Below, piece by piece: positions 12,151 to 25,600 of a DNA stretch of 64,000 nucleotides. The position numbers were made by a program, and so were the translations under genes. Numbering within the stretch: position 1 is the stretch's first letter; each line of letters opens with the position of its first letter. Source of the stretch: Balanoglossus misakiensis (Eukaryota > Animalia > Hemichordata); NCBI GenBank assembly GCA_040954595.2, contig CM082589.2:4726213-4790212 (forward strand). The letters run 5' to 3'. Below the pieces are notes generated by a model. It saw only the letters and a program-made list of their open reading frames with translations. It ran no database searches and was not told the DNA's origin.

Positions 12151-13511
12151 TTGGAGGTAAAAGATGACCAAACCTTTTTTAGTCCATCCATTCTGTCATC
12201 AACTAAACGAGAGCGGTATTATCCTTCTTGCGTGATCCCAAAGTCAAGAGAATCCACCTCGTAAAATGAGTTGGTTGAATATTCCTTTACCTACTGGCGT
12301 GAAAACCGTCGTGTCATTTTAATTAATATCTCATCCTCTCATACCTTATAATCAAATTGATATAAGCCCTATCATAATATTTACTGAAATGCTGAACGTC
12401 ACACGATGCACGTTCTTTATTTCAGCTATTTATTCGGAGATTACGCAATCAATGGATCTCACTGGACGAATTCATTTATAAAACAAATTGCACTCGATGA
12501 TAAATGCAAATATATGTTTGCATCCCCTTAATTACGGCCGAGGGAAAACCATACGATTCTCTACATTGACCGCAAGAGAAGTAGGCCAGTGACGTATACG
12601 AATAAATGTGTTATTGTCGGACGCGATGTATTCATCTAACCCATCAAATACGGACCAACAAGAAAAGGAGCGTACATTTTTATTAAGGACATTTTCGCTC
12701 TTTTAGAACTGAACAAATCACCGGCCAGCACAATTGCTTATTATTTTTGTCTGCAAGATTGTTTTTCGTGCTATTAACGAGAAAACCAAGAAAGAAATCG
12801 CGGATTTAGTTGGTCCTTTATCCGAATCAAAATTACTGACGCTGGGCAGCCGTTGCCACCATAACCGTTGAAGTGCTAATTTCCTCTTCCGATTTTCAGT
12901 AGGCAGATAGAAATTAAGTGCGCATCAACACCATGTCAAGGTGACATTCACTGCATGCGTAGTACCCGTGATCAAACAGTCGTGAACGTTACCGAGCAAC
13001 CACGACGAGTATGGCACGCGCCAAATCCGTACTTCAGTGCAACATGTTGTCGTTGGCTCGTAATAATATATTTTGTGTACGACATGACCATATGCCCCGT
13101 CAGCTTAGACGGCAGGACACGACTTTTTTACGATAGAAAACCTAGTACCATGAGATTATATATACGTTGAAAATCCGATAAGCAAAGAGAGATTTTATTG
13201 TCTAATCATGAATACTTCGTGAATATTTATATTTTTTTCTACACGGGTTAATAGAGCAAAGTATTATTTACAGATCGCAAATCCTTAACCCAAAACAGCA
13301 ATACCAGTACGAATCTAATACATTTCTCAAATGTCACTCTTGTTATACCAAACAAATACATATATTCAATGAAAGTGAACATATAATTTAAAGATTGACG
13401 AAAACATGTAAATGTGTTAGCAGCTGTGATATGACCAACTCATGCCACCATCACCAGGGTATAACAAATTAAGTCATGCATTTATAAGACTTAGTCCGAA
13501 TAGTCTGTTTC

Positions 13512-14633
13512 TCAGATTTCAACCATCGAACAATTGTCATCAGCAACTCTAGTCGTTTCAGTGACAAAACTATCTTTCTCGATTGATTTGTTCAAGACTT
13601 TAGCCTTTCCAATGCTTTCGCTCTGAACATCGAATACAGACGGAGAAACACGCGTCGGATTGTTCTGCACGTTCTTGCAGCCGAAGCAAGCGGCGATCGT
13701 CTGCTTGGCGGTCGCCCGGAAGGCCCCGTTCATGAGGCTGTAGACGAGGAAGTTAAGAACGCTGCTGGACGTGCCGAGCCATATGATGCCGAAGACCAAC
13801 CAGGGCGTGTCCCTGAAGAACCCGCTCTGGGAGTTGATGGTGGTTATAACGGCGTAGGGGTACCAGGTTACTTGAAAGCCTCCCCACACCACCAGAAACA
13901 TTCGGGCAGCTTTCAGGTTCCGGCGCTCCGGTGTCATCGCTTTTCTTGTGCCGTTGTGTTCCTTGCTTCTCGACATCTGGCGACCTATTTTGCGTGTGTG
14001 CCCCCAGGAAATCTGAATGATTCGCAGGTAGATGATGATGATGACGGCAGACGGAATAAACACGAAGAAAGTCATCGACACAACCGTCGTGACTGCGAAG
14101 TCAGCGGCGCCGTACCTCGGGTAGCAGATGTAGGCAGATTTGAAGTAACTGTAAAAGCGTGCGTGGACGATGGTGCCGAGCACGACCGCGTAGAGCTCCA
14201 AGATGATCCACTTCAGGGCGATCCCGATGAGGACGCGCCGAAGGGTGAACCATCGGAGGTAGCGAAAGGGCATGGTGATGGCCACGAATCGCTCGACGCT
14301 GATCAGAAGGAGGGACCCGATCGACGCCGACAGGAACACGTGCAGCTGGACGCCGCAGAACTGACACCAGCCCCTGCCGTAGACCCACTCCCCGGTGATG
14401 GCGGCGGGGATGGAGAAAGTGCCGATGAGGCCCACCCCGAGATTGGAGAAGGCCAGGGACGTCATAAAACAGCGCGTGGTGACCGGGATCTTGTTGGTGC
14501 GCGACAGAACCATGATGCTGACGGAGTTGCCGAAAATTGACAGAAAGCATACAATGCAGATGATTGCCGTCTGGATCACTCGATCAACGAGCGTGGTGTC
14601 CATTTTCGAACTTGAAAAAAAGTCAAGATTCAT
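13512..14633 (-). CDS. Single-exon class A orphan GPCR, tandem paralog of the 11080-12150 receptor
   Basis: 373 aa ORF: TM1 GN, TM2 LAFSN, ERF, TM6 TWYPY, TM7 NFLVYS. Shares KW in TM4 and CxPxYGA in ECL2 with its neighbour. Confidence 0.92.
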   Translation of the reverse strand: MNLDFFSSSKMDTTLVDRVIQTAIICIVCFLSIFGNSVSIMVLSRTNKIPVTTRCFMTSLAFSNLGVGLIGTFSIPAAITGEWVYGRGWCQFCGVQLHVFLSASIGSLLLISVERFVAITMPFRYLRWFTLRRVLIGIALKWIILELYAVVLGTIVHARFYSYFKSAYICYPRYGAADFAVTTVVSMTFFVFIPSAVIIIIYLRIIQISWGHTRKIGRQMSRSKEHNGTRKAMTPERRNLKAARMFLVVWGGFQVTWYPYAVITTINSQSGFFRDTPWLVFGIIWLGTSSSVLNFLVYSLMNGAFRATAKQTIAACFGCKNVQNNPTRVSPSVFDVQSESIGKAKVLNKSIEKDSFVTETTRVADDNCSMVEI

Positions 14634-14959
14634 GCAAGTACTAGCAGATATTTTTTGTCTCTCGAAATGATCATGATAGTGTTAATTAGTACTATAGTAT
14701 TTACCCACAATTCGTCGCTGGTTGCAGGAATCTGTTTCAGCCCAAGTTCGTTGATACACGCCCTATCCTGAAAATCGCGGCGTCTAGATCTCATTCGGAT
14801 CCTGCCAATTCTAACATCACAGGCGTAATAACCACGCTTTAGTGTGTGACATGTATATACGACCGAAAAACGAACAGATGTTTGACAATGTCACGTAAGG
14901 TCAAGAGTCGCTTTCATGCGCTCCTTAATCCACTGATGCGGTCCATTAGGAAATGTTGG

Positions 14960-15750
14960 GCCTGTTAAATGTAGAGCGACAACCTTTTGCGCGAAGTGGT
15001 CCAGTCGAAATGTAAAAAAAGGAATGCTTGTTAATGCAACTCAAACATGGAAGAAGTCGCATATAAAAGACTTGATGGATGTATTGTTGCCGTTACAGCC
15101 AATACGTAGCCTGTTTGCGGACACATGTCATGAGAAGAAGTGCCAATGAATGATGAATAGATATATGTCGTTAAACGCACACTCTCAGTCACGTTCCACT
15201 TCACATTTCCAGTTAAACGCTGTACAAGGGAACACTTAATTCCTGCTGAAGTAATTAATAGCATATCGACCTGGAAAGGTTTGAGAAGACTGTGAAGTGG
15301 TTGTATATATAGCCTTACATAAATTTCCTTAGTCCATCATGCGATCCTTATTCATTCATTCTCACCATCAGTAAATGATTAACCAGTTTAAATGTAGAGC
15401 GCTAACCTTTCGCAAGAAAGGGTTTATTCGGTTAATGTAAACACCCCAGCAGGAAATAGAACGTTGGGCGGTTTTTAGTATTAATTCCGGTGAGGAATCG
15501 GTGGCGGAAGTTGCGGACACGTGATCACAGTTTCAGAGAAATTCAAATGGTTATAAACAGCTTGCTAAAGTGACTAGTGGGTTATATGATCGGCGCATGT
15601 GTGTCGTGAAACAGCTCTGAAGCACGTTCCACTCAACCCTTCCAACTAAACGCTGTAAAATGGAACAATTGAGTCCCCTGCAAATAACATAGTACCTTTT
15701 TACCTCGAGAGGTCGAACAAGACTGTTTGCCGTGACCTCGCTGTATACAT
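14960..15750. repeat. Diverged direct duplication (two ~0.4 kb units) upstream of the second GPCR
   Basis: ttaaatgtagagcg..aaccttt at ~14965 and ~15388; cacgttccact..ttcca..taaacgctgta..ggaaca at ~15190 and ~15623. Confidence 0.7.
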
Positions 15751-16401
15751 CCGCAGTTGAGTAAGGTTGGAGCGCCACCAACAGGTGTATATCGGAAGTG
15801 ACAGCTGACCTACTTTCAGTACAGTGCGTGTGTGTATAGTAGGCTCACTTGGTAGTCAGTATACTCGGTTGCGGTCTAATTAACTGGTTATTATTGGATT
15901 AAATTTTGGAGCTCTGAGAACAATGCTGAAACTAAGTATGATTTTTGGTGTAGTAGAATCGTTGTAGGCCTACATGTTGCTTGCCCTGCTCTTGTAATGT
16001 TTGGTAACACTGCAGTGCCACCTAGCACATGAAGCGGACAGCTTGGATATTATCGTATTGAGATATATTAGATGTTTTATACAGCAGCTTTTCACGAAGA
16101 TAAGAGACTTCACAAAAATGTGTATGATACAAGACACGCGATAGTTTATTTCAAACAAAGACAGTATCCAGTAATAAATACAATGTTTGATTTGCAATTT
16201 CATCTTGAATGTGTAAACCTAACTGTTAGCAGCTGAGAAACAGCACTATTTTAATCAAAACAGTCAAAATAATATTTACCACATATGCATGACACATCAT
16301 TTAATTTCCTATAAAAACATGCACAAACAAAATATGTGACGCTAGTAGGACTGTCTCGATGCATAGAATATAACTTTAAAAAACTGTGATTACAAAAAAA
16401 T

Positions 16402-16697
16402 CTATTTGTATGCATCTAATTCATAGTATTGGAATCCGGCATCATATTTAAAATCTTCCTCTTCTTCAATCATAATTTTGTCACTCAGTTGACAAGGAAA
16501 TCCGGTGGGATCTCGAGTGCCTCTGTAGTTGAATGAGACACAGTCGTCGTTTCTGATGCATCGGTTGGCACAGTCTAGTATGTTTCTGACGGTCAGGTTG
16601 GCTATTGTGTGGCCGTGGAGTGCGTACGATTTCAACTCAGGGACAGGATTGACAAAATACTGGTACTCCCCAATTGGAGACAGCTCAATTGGCTCCA
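16402..16697 (-). CDS. Terminal exon of giant gene: PAN/Apple domain and stop
   Basis: [47 protein letters not shown]. Minus-strand AATAAA at ~16145-16150. Confidence 0.85.
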
Positions 16698-19600
16698 CTG
16701 TGCGAGAACAAAGAAATAAATAAGATTATAAGTTAGGGTTACAAATACGAAGTCACCTGTCATTATATTGATATAAACTTTGTTGAATGTTTCTGCTCAC
16801 AGACAATATACAGTTGAAAAAAGATCCACCTAAAATAGTCAGTATTCATATTTTATTTTTTTAATTATCAGCAAAATTGATAGTTGGTTTCATAAACTAG
16901 CATGGTGCCCCTATATTTTAACATGACATTTGGTAACACATTTCCCAACTTTACAAATCACTTATGATGTAATTCTACTTACTGAGGCATCTGGTTGTGA
17001 CCTGCAGATATTTGTATGTTCCAATGCATGGCTCCTGTTCAGCATAGTAGGTCCAGCTGTTTGGCACAGTACAGTTCATTTGATTGGTGCATAAGTCACG
17101 GACTTTGTTAACAACACCTGTCAGATCACAGTCTGTGTTACTTGCGAATGTTTCCAAGCCGCTGCGGTATGGACAGATATCTTCTCCTAAAGTTAGAAAA
17201 AAAAGGATGATGACACTCAATGAAGGTTAAGATGTCTACCAGTCGTCTAATTGTATATAAATAAATACGTCTTGTTTGGGTGTCTGGTTTTACATCTAGG
17301 CATTTGTATGCTGAATCTGACTTAATAACTACTGCGCAGTTAAATGCAGCATAAAGCATTTGTTGTAAGATTGATAGATGTCATTATTTCTTGTTTCTGG
17401 GTCCTAATGGTTTTCAAGGGTATTTAACATACAATATGACAGAAGCATACAAAAGTTTGTATGTAGAAATTTATTTAATGTTCAGTTTTCACATAATTCA
17501 CCTTGTGAGTAAAGTGACCACAATTAAAACTACTCATGAGGGAAATTATGATCCTCTTTGCACTTAACAAACTCAAATACTATAATCATTTTTCATGTAC
17601 TTGATTTAATGAAATAGAGAACACCTCACATCACTTATTTTGTCAAGCACCCTGTCAGCGTCATGATTTACAAAAGTGATTCTACTGGTAGTCAAGATTA
17701 CTGGGAGAGGCTCTACCAGAAGCTATTAATTATCAGGACTATAACTTTTCATATATCATCAAATACCTTCATATCGTCCAAGTCTGGCATCAATGATACG
17801 CAAGTTGTTGTGCTCTTCTGGACAGGACAGCTGCAAGTCGCCGTGGTCTTGACATGATCTTTGTATTAGATCACCTTTAGGACGTCCAGCTGTAATGGAT
17901 TTCAGAGCAAACATGAATTTAGGAGAGTGTTAATTGGTCGAGCATACAGTGATTTTCTATTTTAATATCATTGTATGCTGACAGTCTCCAATCATACAAC
18001 AAATCTCATTGATAAAATGAGTCTAGAATACTTACGTTCACATCTGTATGTAACACTTAGATACTTGTGAGTATTGGGACAAGGGTCACTATCTGCCAGG
18101 AAGTCTTGATCCACCTGTAATGATATTTAGTGATAGGTAATTCTCCAATTTGTTTTCCCAAATCAGGAAGTTCTTTATTGCTGAGTACCCAAGAACAGAT
18201 GAACAGATCTCGAAATACATCTGTCCTTTTGACAGGGACAGGACAAGAAACAAATAAATCAACCAACCTTAAGACTGCAGTACTTGTTCCACTCACAGCG
18301 CCTCTTCACGATTTCCAATGTTTCAGTTGATGTACAGTCTGTGACACTGGTATCGTAGTCCTTGCTGGGGCAAGTCAGTGTGCTATCACCGTCTTCAGTA
18401 CGACCCCAGTTAGCATCCTGAACACGGATGTACTCGTCATCATTGCACAGCAGGGTCAGTTCCTTGTCCAAGCCATCACATGCGTAAACCTCAATATCTT
18501 GCTCAGATGGTACATCATCTATTTATCAATTCAAACATTAAGATGGTGGAAATGTCAGTTGGCCTTATGGGATCACATCAGAAAAGAAACTGATAATTAT
18601 ATAAATCATATAAATCTGTCAATGCTTCTATGAATGACATATTTCCATTGATTTTGATACTATATATGTAAAAGGCAAGCTGTTAAACATAAAGTTAGCT
18701 GAACTTGGACAACTCATACTCACCAACACAGGTATATGCCACTTCTAGATATCGCTTGACCTTATTGCAAGTAGAAGCTCCCAGGAAATAATCAGTGGCA
18801 CTCAGCACACAGCTGTTCTTGTTATTGCAATAGTTCTGAACATTGGAAGTAGCATCGAAGTCTGAACAAGACCCAGCTGATAATAGAAAGTGTAAAGATG
18901 TAGATAAGTCAATAATCTCATAATTCATAAATAGTTTGTATAAGTGGACTACATGTCCAAACTGGCACTACATACTCAAACAAGCAATATTATCTTTCAG
19001 AGAATAATTGTTGTGTCTGCTTGACTTACTGTTCAGGCCATTTTCATTTTTGCATCTGCTGGGTGATGTCGTTGATGACACTTTGTAGTGTGCTGAGGTG
19101 ATGTCAATGACTTTGTTGTTGCCAAAGCAACCTATCTGCAAATCATCTTCAATGCAAGCTGTGCCTGTGAAGTCCTCAGTCCTTGATCCTGGGATATCAA
19201 TAGGAAAATGTGATCACCATATCATCATAGTCTGTGCAAGTGACTTTACCACAGGTGATACAGTTGAACTGGGTAAAATCCAAGACTTTCCAGGATTATT
19301 TTTTATATGATTTTCATACTGTATTTAAGTTTGAAAGTTGTGAATCTTACTTACCTTTTATGAAATCTGAGCAGTTGTACGAGATTTCCAAATATTTGTA
19401 AACACCGTCACATGGATCACTCTCACCGGCTGAAATCAACCCTCCCAAAATGTCATTCTTGACATCAATCTCACAAGAGTGTTTGCCATAACACAGATCC
19501 ATCACCATGTCATGGATTGCAGATTCTGTTGCTGTACAGTCACCATCTTGGAAGTTTTGGGAGTTCTGACTAGCACTGGTGGATGGGCACACAGTGCTGT

Positions 19601-22600
19601 TCAGTGCACGCCCATAGAAGGTGTCCCCAATAGTGATGTAATCATGGTTACAGGTCATGACCAAAGTCTCGTTGTCACAACCTCTGACTAGATTTGGCAT
19701 CTCGGCATCTAGAACATGGGAAATATATTAAAAAACGTTATTTAGATAACTGTGTCCTTATTAAAGTTTATAATCAACAGATCCAGGCAGTTGTTGACAA
19801 ATAGTGGCGCTTACCATAATAGACTTCCACCTCACAAACAGTGAAGTTATAACCAGGTCCTGGTGACCGAGTCGGCGAACTTGTGTTGTCTGACGACTGC
19901 ACAGTGGGCACAACCGTTGACAGAGATTCGCCCTCATTGCTTGCTGCTTGGATGCTGACATAGCGACCTTCTAATTGGCCAGAACAGAACACGTGTTGCA
20001 CTGATTTGACCAATCCGATGATCTGTCCACATATGTCATTGTCCATGATATTCTCACTGCTACCAACCCTGAAAATTGTACCATTTAACTGTTGTTCTGT
20101 AAAAATGGAAGTATGATTTTTATTAGTACAGCATCTTTTACATATAAAGAAATTAACTTAAAAGTATAATGCAATCATCTCCATATGGAAAAAGCAACTG
20201 CATGTGTGCTAAAATTCTAGGGTTTATTATTATGAATTTTGCCCAGTTCTACTGTACATGTCTGGTATCAACCTTACCTAGGCCAGCTGCACTTTTCACT
20301 GTAACCCTAGTAACATTGTACAACTCTCCAAGATCTACCACAACCCAAGGCTCATATTCATCTGATACTACAGTACAGCTGCCACCATAGAGGTCACTAG
20401 ATGATTTCCCATCAGTCACATGGCTGGGATCAAAGTCAGAAGCAGTCAGCTCATTGCTCTGTATCACAGCTTTGTTCAGTGCCTTGTTGTTACCTGTTAA
20501 TTGAAAAAAAGTCAAATATGACACTGTAAGCCATCTCATTCTTAAAGTCAAAGATAACCGAGTTTCCTTGGACAACTCTGTCAAATTCTCACCTAGATGA
20601 ATCGAAGAAATACATTAAGATTCTTACCATATTTTTCACAGGTGTATTTGACATCCAAGTACTTGGGCACATCAAAGCAAGGATCGTATAGGACATCTGA
20701 CAATTTGACATGCATCTGACAAAACTGTTTGTTGTCGCAGTTAGCTTTGAGGGTGTGCAGTACCTCCTCAGTTGGATCAATAGAACAGTTGACCATATCA
20801 TAAAGGTATGTGATGTTCAGGGCCTCTGTGGTTGGGATGAAGGTGGTAGGCGCGAGTGTTGTCCGCATTGTTGTGATCAGAGTGGTCAGGTCTGTGGTTA
20901 AAGGTGGTGTTGTTGGCACTGATGTGGTAGGGGCGTTTGTGGTGGGTGCGTTGAGGGCAGTTGTCAGTACCACAGTGCTACCGCCGGTTATGTTGTCTGC
21001 ACCACCTAATACTGTCTGCAGCACGGCAGCTGTGGTGGGGTCCGGTGTGGTAATCTTCAGCGTTGTCCTGTCAGTGGTTGGCAGCACGGTCGTTTGGCCA
21101 GCCGTGGTCGGCGCCGCTGTTGTTGGGTCGGGAGTGGTCGCTGCTGCTGTCGTCACTACAGGGGGAAGGGTTGTTGCCACCACGACAGCTTGGCCGGTTG
21201 TGTCCACTCCCCAAATGATCTCACCTGTGACTACCCAGTAGCTGTAGTTCTGACCGTGCGAGGAGCAGAGACCTGTGGGAACAACAAATAATTGCTTGTA
21301 TGAATGAAGCTGGTGATTAATAAAACTATGATAGGCGAACAAGGGGACAGACAGATAGACACACACAGGCAAAGACAGGCAGACAGACATGGACAGACAG
21401 ATGGTCAGAAACATACTGGTAGACAGACAAAGACAGTTTGGAAAGAGGCAGGCAGACAGGCAGACAGGCAGGAACACAGAGACAGTTAAAACATATACAT
21501 ATACAGAAAAAAGGAAGAAACATATAAAGACAGGCAAACAAAGAGACAGTCAAATGGTCTGACAGATGGTGAGAACAAAGATAAAAAGGTATCATGACTA
21601 GAAGGGGTCATGACAAAGAGGATCAAAACAACAGAGTATAACAGATTGAATAGGATCGACACTCACAGTGAAGGCTGTCAGACAATAGACAAGTTTCACT
21701 TACCTTGTTCAGCTCTTCCATATGTTGCTTCTTGAATGACAATGTATCTATCATCCATACACCCAAAGGAGATCTCTTCATCGTCACAGCCTATTACCCT
21801 CTCAGTTTCATATGCAGCAATGTCATCTGTAACAGAACACATTGTGTCATTTTCTTTGTAGAAAACCAACAATTTGAAGACTTAAGTGTAACACTATTCA
21901 CCAGTTTGTTGTTGAAAGAGCAATCTCTAGAGGCATGTTTCAACAATCAGTAGGCATTTTAAAAAAGATATTGATTTTGCAGTATGTTCTGCCTTTTCAT
22001 GAAAACTCATCAAAAGAGGGCACACATGTATAGCAATGTGCACCATTGTATGTGAACACCACATTGTCAAGACTGTGTATATATTTCTAGGAACATACAC
22101 TAGAAGTGAAAAGACTGCTTTAACTATACCGTTATGTACAATTTCTATGAATAGTTTAGGTTATTATTGTATCTACCTTCAGGGCAGAGAAATCTGGCTT
22201 CATAGTCATCACAGGTACCACCATTCTGATCTGATTCTGAGCAGTATATTCCACCATCATGACCTTTGCCACTTAGTGTGCACGGCAGTTCCAGGCTGTC
22301 GCTGGTGGCATACCAGTCCTGTCCACTGCTGGTCAGTCGGCACTCCACATCCTGTGGGTCTTCACACAAATCTTTGAATCCCTGCAATGCAAAATGAAGT
22401 TTTAGATTATTCTCTCTAAAAATTCAGAATAAAATTAAAGTGTACAGAGACAGACACCAGACTTGATAATCAACACTTACCAGATTTTCATGGATATTGG
22501 TCACAGTTTCATCCTCATTGCCATTGGTACTAGGTTGGGATACATCATACCAGTTAGTCCATTCATAGCCTAAAAATATAAAATTAGATCATTTATGCAA

Positions 22601-25600
22601 CAGTCACTGTTTCTAGCAATTTATCTGAAGATGTCCCTCTCAGAAAGCACTTTCATTCAAATGCTGTTGCAAGCATAGCAGTGTTTTTGACTTACCAATG
22701 CATTCGTAGGACACATTCAGGTATTTAGTGAAGCCATCACAATTGCGGAAGTTCTTCCCAAAGACTTCAAAGGCCATTTCGTTGGTGTCAAGTTTGCAGT
22801 GTTGTTTATTGTTGCACTGAGTTTCGACTCTGTACAGGACCATATCTTCATTGTACACACAATCTGGAGATGGAGAAGTGAGTTTTTGACATGACAGTTG
22901 GGTTCAATCATATAACATATACATGAATTTAAATTGTTCCTTCTTTTGGCTACTTCGAATATCACAAGGTCTTGTTTGGTAATTCTCTATTGTCACCATA
23001 CTTTGTTGTAAGATTATAACAAGTACCTGAAGGGTAAAAGTCATCCATTATGAGACAAACTTCATTGTGTTCTCGACTATAGGTGGCACTAGTCATCTTT
23101 ATAAACTCTCTGTCTGGACAGTCCAATTCCAGTGTTTCACCATCACATGTAATAATACCATCTCCATGCGTAGGTGTGCCTGGATAAAGATAACCACGAT
23201 AATGAAAAACAGTTCAGAACACAAACAACAAGTTCATGTAGCATAGCCTGAACAAAACATGAACCTAAGCGAAGTCCTGTGCTCAATAAAGGAACATACC
23301 TTTATACTGATAGAAACTCTTGCTGTTGACACCATAAGCGTTGGTCGCAGTACAAGTGTACCAACCGCGGTCATCAGAAACCGGATGGAACTGGATCTCT
23401 GACACCATGTGATACTCGTCTTCTTCGCTGCTGACAATGGTGGCATTGACGCCCCCTGTGTAGGTGGCGCCATCTTTCTGCCAAGTGATGGTTGGCAGTG
23501 GTATACCGAATGCCCGGCATTGGACCGTGCCGTTGTGCATGTAGTGTAAAATGGTGGTGTTGCCCACTTCTAGAACGTATGGTTTCTCATCTGCACATTG
23601 AGACAAAAAAGAATATTTAGGGTTTGTCGAATACTTGTCACCTCCGATAGAGAGATGGGGATAGCGGAGTGCTTCAATGCCTATACACATGGCAGGGAAA
23701 TAATGAAAGTAGTCTTACCTACTAAGTAGCATCCATAAAACTCCACTCTGAGGGCAATCTCTTCATACCAGTCCACAGGCACAATGCGTACAAATCTGGC
23801 ATACATGAAATCTCGCAGGTACTGCACTGCAACTGTTGTACTGTCATTATTGCCAATGAACGTCTAAATAAAAAAAGAACTATGTGTAGTTATTCTCATT
23901 TTGGTCTGTGAGTTGTACACATAATCAACTGTTCAGTCTTAGCTTTTTAAGTTTTGGCAGTGACTTAAAATATCTTGATAGTTGAGCTGTGGTGATGGTA
24001 ATATGAAGATGGTTACAGTGAGGATGATGATGGTTATAGTGGTGGTGGTAGAGACAGTGGTTTCATTTCAGAAGACAGCCAATTTACCTTTTCTATTCCA
24101 CCTTCTGTATAAGTGATCAGGTGAGAATCATTGAGGGTTGAATTCAGCGTGTAGTCCACTCGATAAGCAGTCACCCAGTAGTCATACTTGGGATGCCCCT
24201 GGGTGGCAATCTTCCTGACCCTCATGACGTGATCAAACTCCACCTGAAGGAACTGCTCCGTGTCCCTGGCGCTGGCCACCCAGGCACCCAGGGGAGTGTT
24301 CAACCGGGCCAGCCACTTGAAGGTGTCCAGAGTGGGCTCCAGCTTGGTGCTACTGACCTCCAGTTTAGTGTTCAGGATTTCATGGTCAGCCATTCCAAAT
24401 GATAGCATGCATTCTGCATTTAAAAATGACATGGATAGTTATTTTTATGATTAGGTCGTATAAAACTACGATAAAATACAGAAGGTTTAGCGTTAACTAC
24501 AACACTATTAAATTTCACTGATCTGAATTGACAGTTTCTGATTTCACAAACCCAAACCAATGATAATAATGCAAACATCATAGTGCCAACTGAAGCCATG
24601 AGTCATTTACCTTGTTGACAGATGTATCCATATTCTGCATCGCAGTCTTCATCTTCCCAGGCTAAATTGTGCTCCCCACTCAAGACAATACAGCCTTCAA
24701 ATTTATTCGACTGGTAAGCCAACTGGAAATTGGTGTACGCGTCGCCGATGCCATTCGCCCAGCGACACCTGTCATCATCCACCTTCATGCAACCAATCCA
24801 GAATGATGTGTTCACTTTGGTGTGTTCGTCCATCAGTTCCTCCAAGAACGTCTGCGTGTCCTCTCCACTGATTCCGGCCAAGTGACCCATGAGATCCAGG
24901 CAGGTCGCTTCGGCAGAGGCGAAATCCTGGTGGTCGTCGGGGAAAGCTTGGAAGCACATGTCGTTGTACTTGAGCCAGTTGTCTTCGCAATCGCCCTGGT
25001 AGTTGTCTGCGAAAAAACATGGTGGAATTCAGAGGGGCTCCTTTGAAAAATATATGGTTAATCTTGCTGTTCGTATTAGTCCATCCTGTGTGGACAAGAT
25101 TGTGTAAGATGGTGTAAAATACTGTGTTGAACCTTGACCATCCAGGAGAAATACTTACAGACATCTGGTATTGTTTCCACGCTTGCCACACACGTATAAT
25201 TGACATCCAGGTACTTAGAAACCCCTTGGCAAGGATCGCTCTGGAAAGTGGTAGTCTCCACGGCCATCTTACAATTCGGCATCCCCTGGCAGTAAGACAT
25301 GACCACATCGATAGCACTCTCCATGGTGCAATTGGTCGGCAGATCAGCGGTCTCCGAGGCATATGGGCACACAGATCTGTCCATGGTTCGTCCGTACATG
25401 ACGTTGACGATGTTGATTTCCATATCGACACCGCAATCCAGGACCAGGAAATCTCCTTGACATATTCGTGTCTGGAGCATGGATTCTGACAAAAGCAACA
25501 GTGAAAAGTTTCTCTGTTATCGTTACTTCAGTTGACAGAAAAATGGTTAAAATTATTTTAAAAGTTTAAACAAAGTACACTTAACTGATAACTTTTGAAT

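Noticed and set aside
13872-14540. 222 aa plus-strand ORF and similar ORFs overlapping the GPCRs and lectin exons
   Set aside because: Antisense or shifted shadows of GC3-rich coding sequence with no domain signal.
21272-21595. Hydrophobic Cys/Leu/Val-rich ORF segments resembling TM helices
   Set aside because: Translation of an intronic GACA repeat; the real exon starts at the acceptor near 21271.
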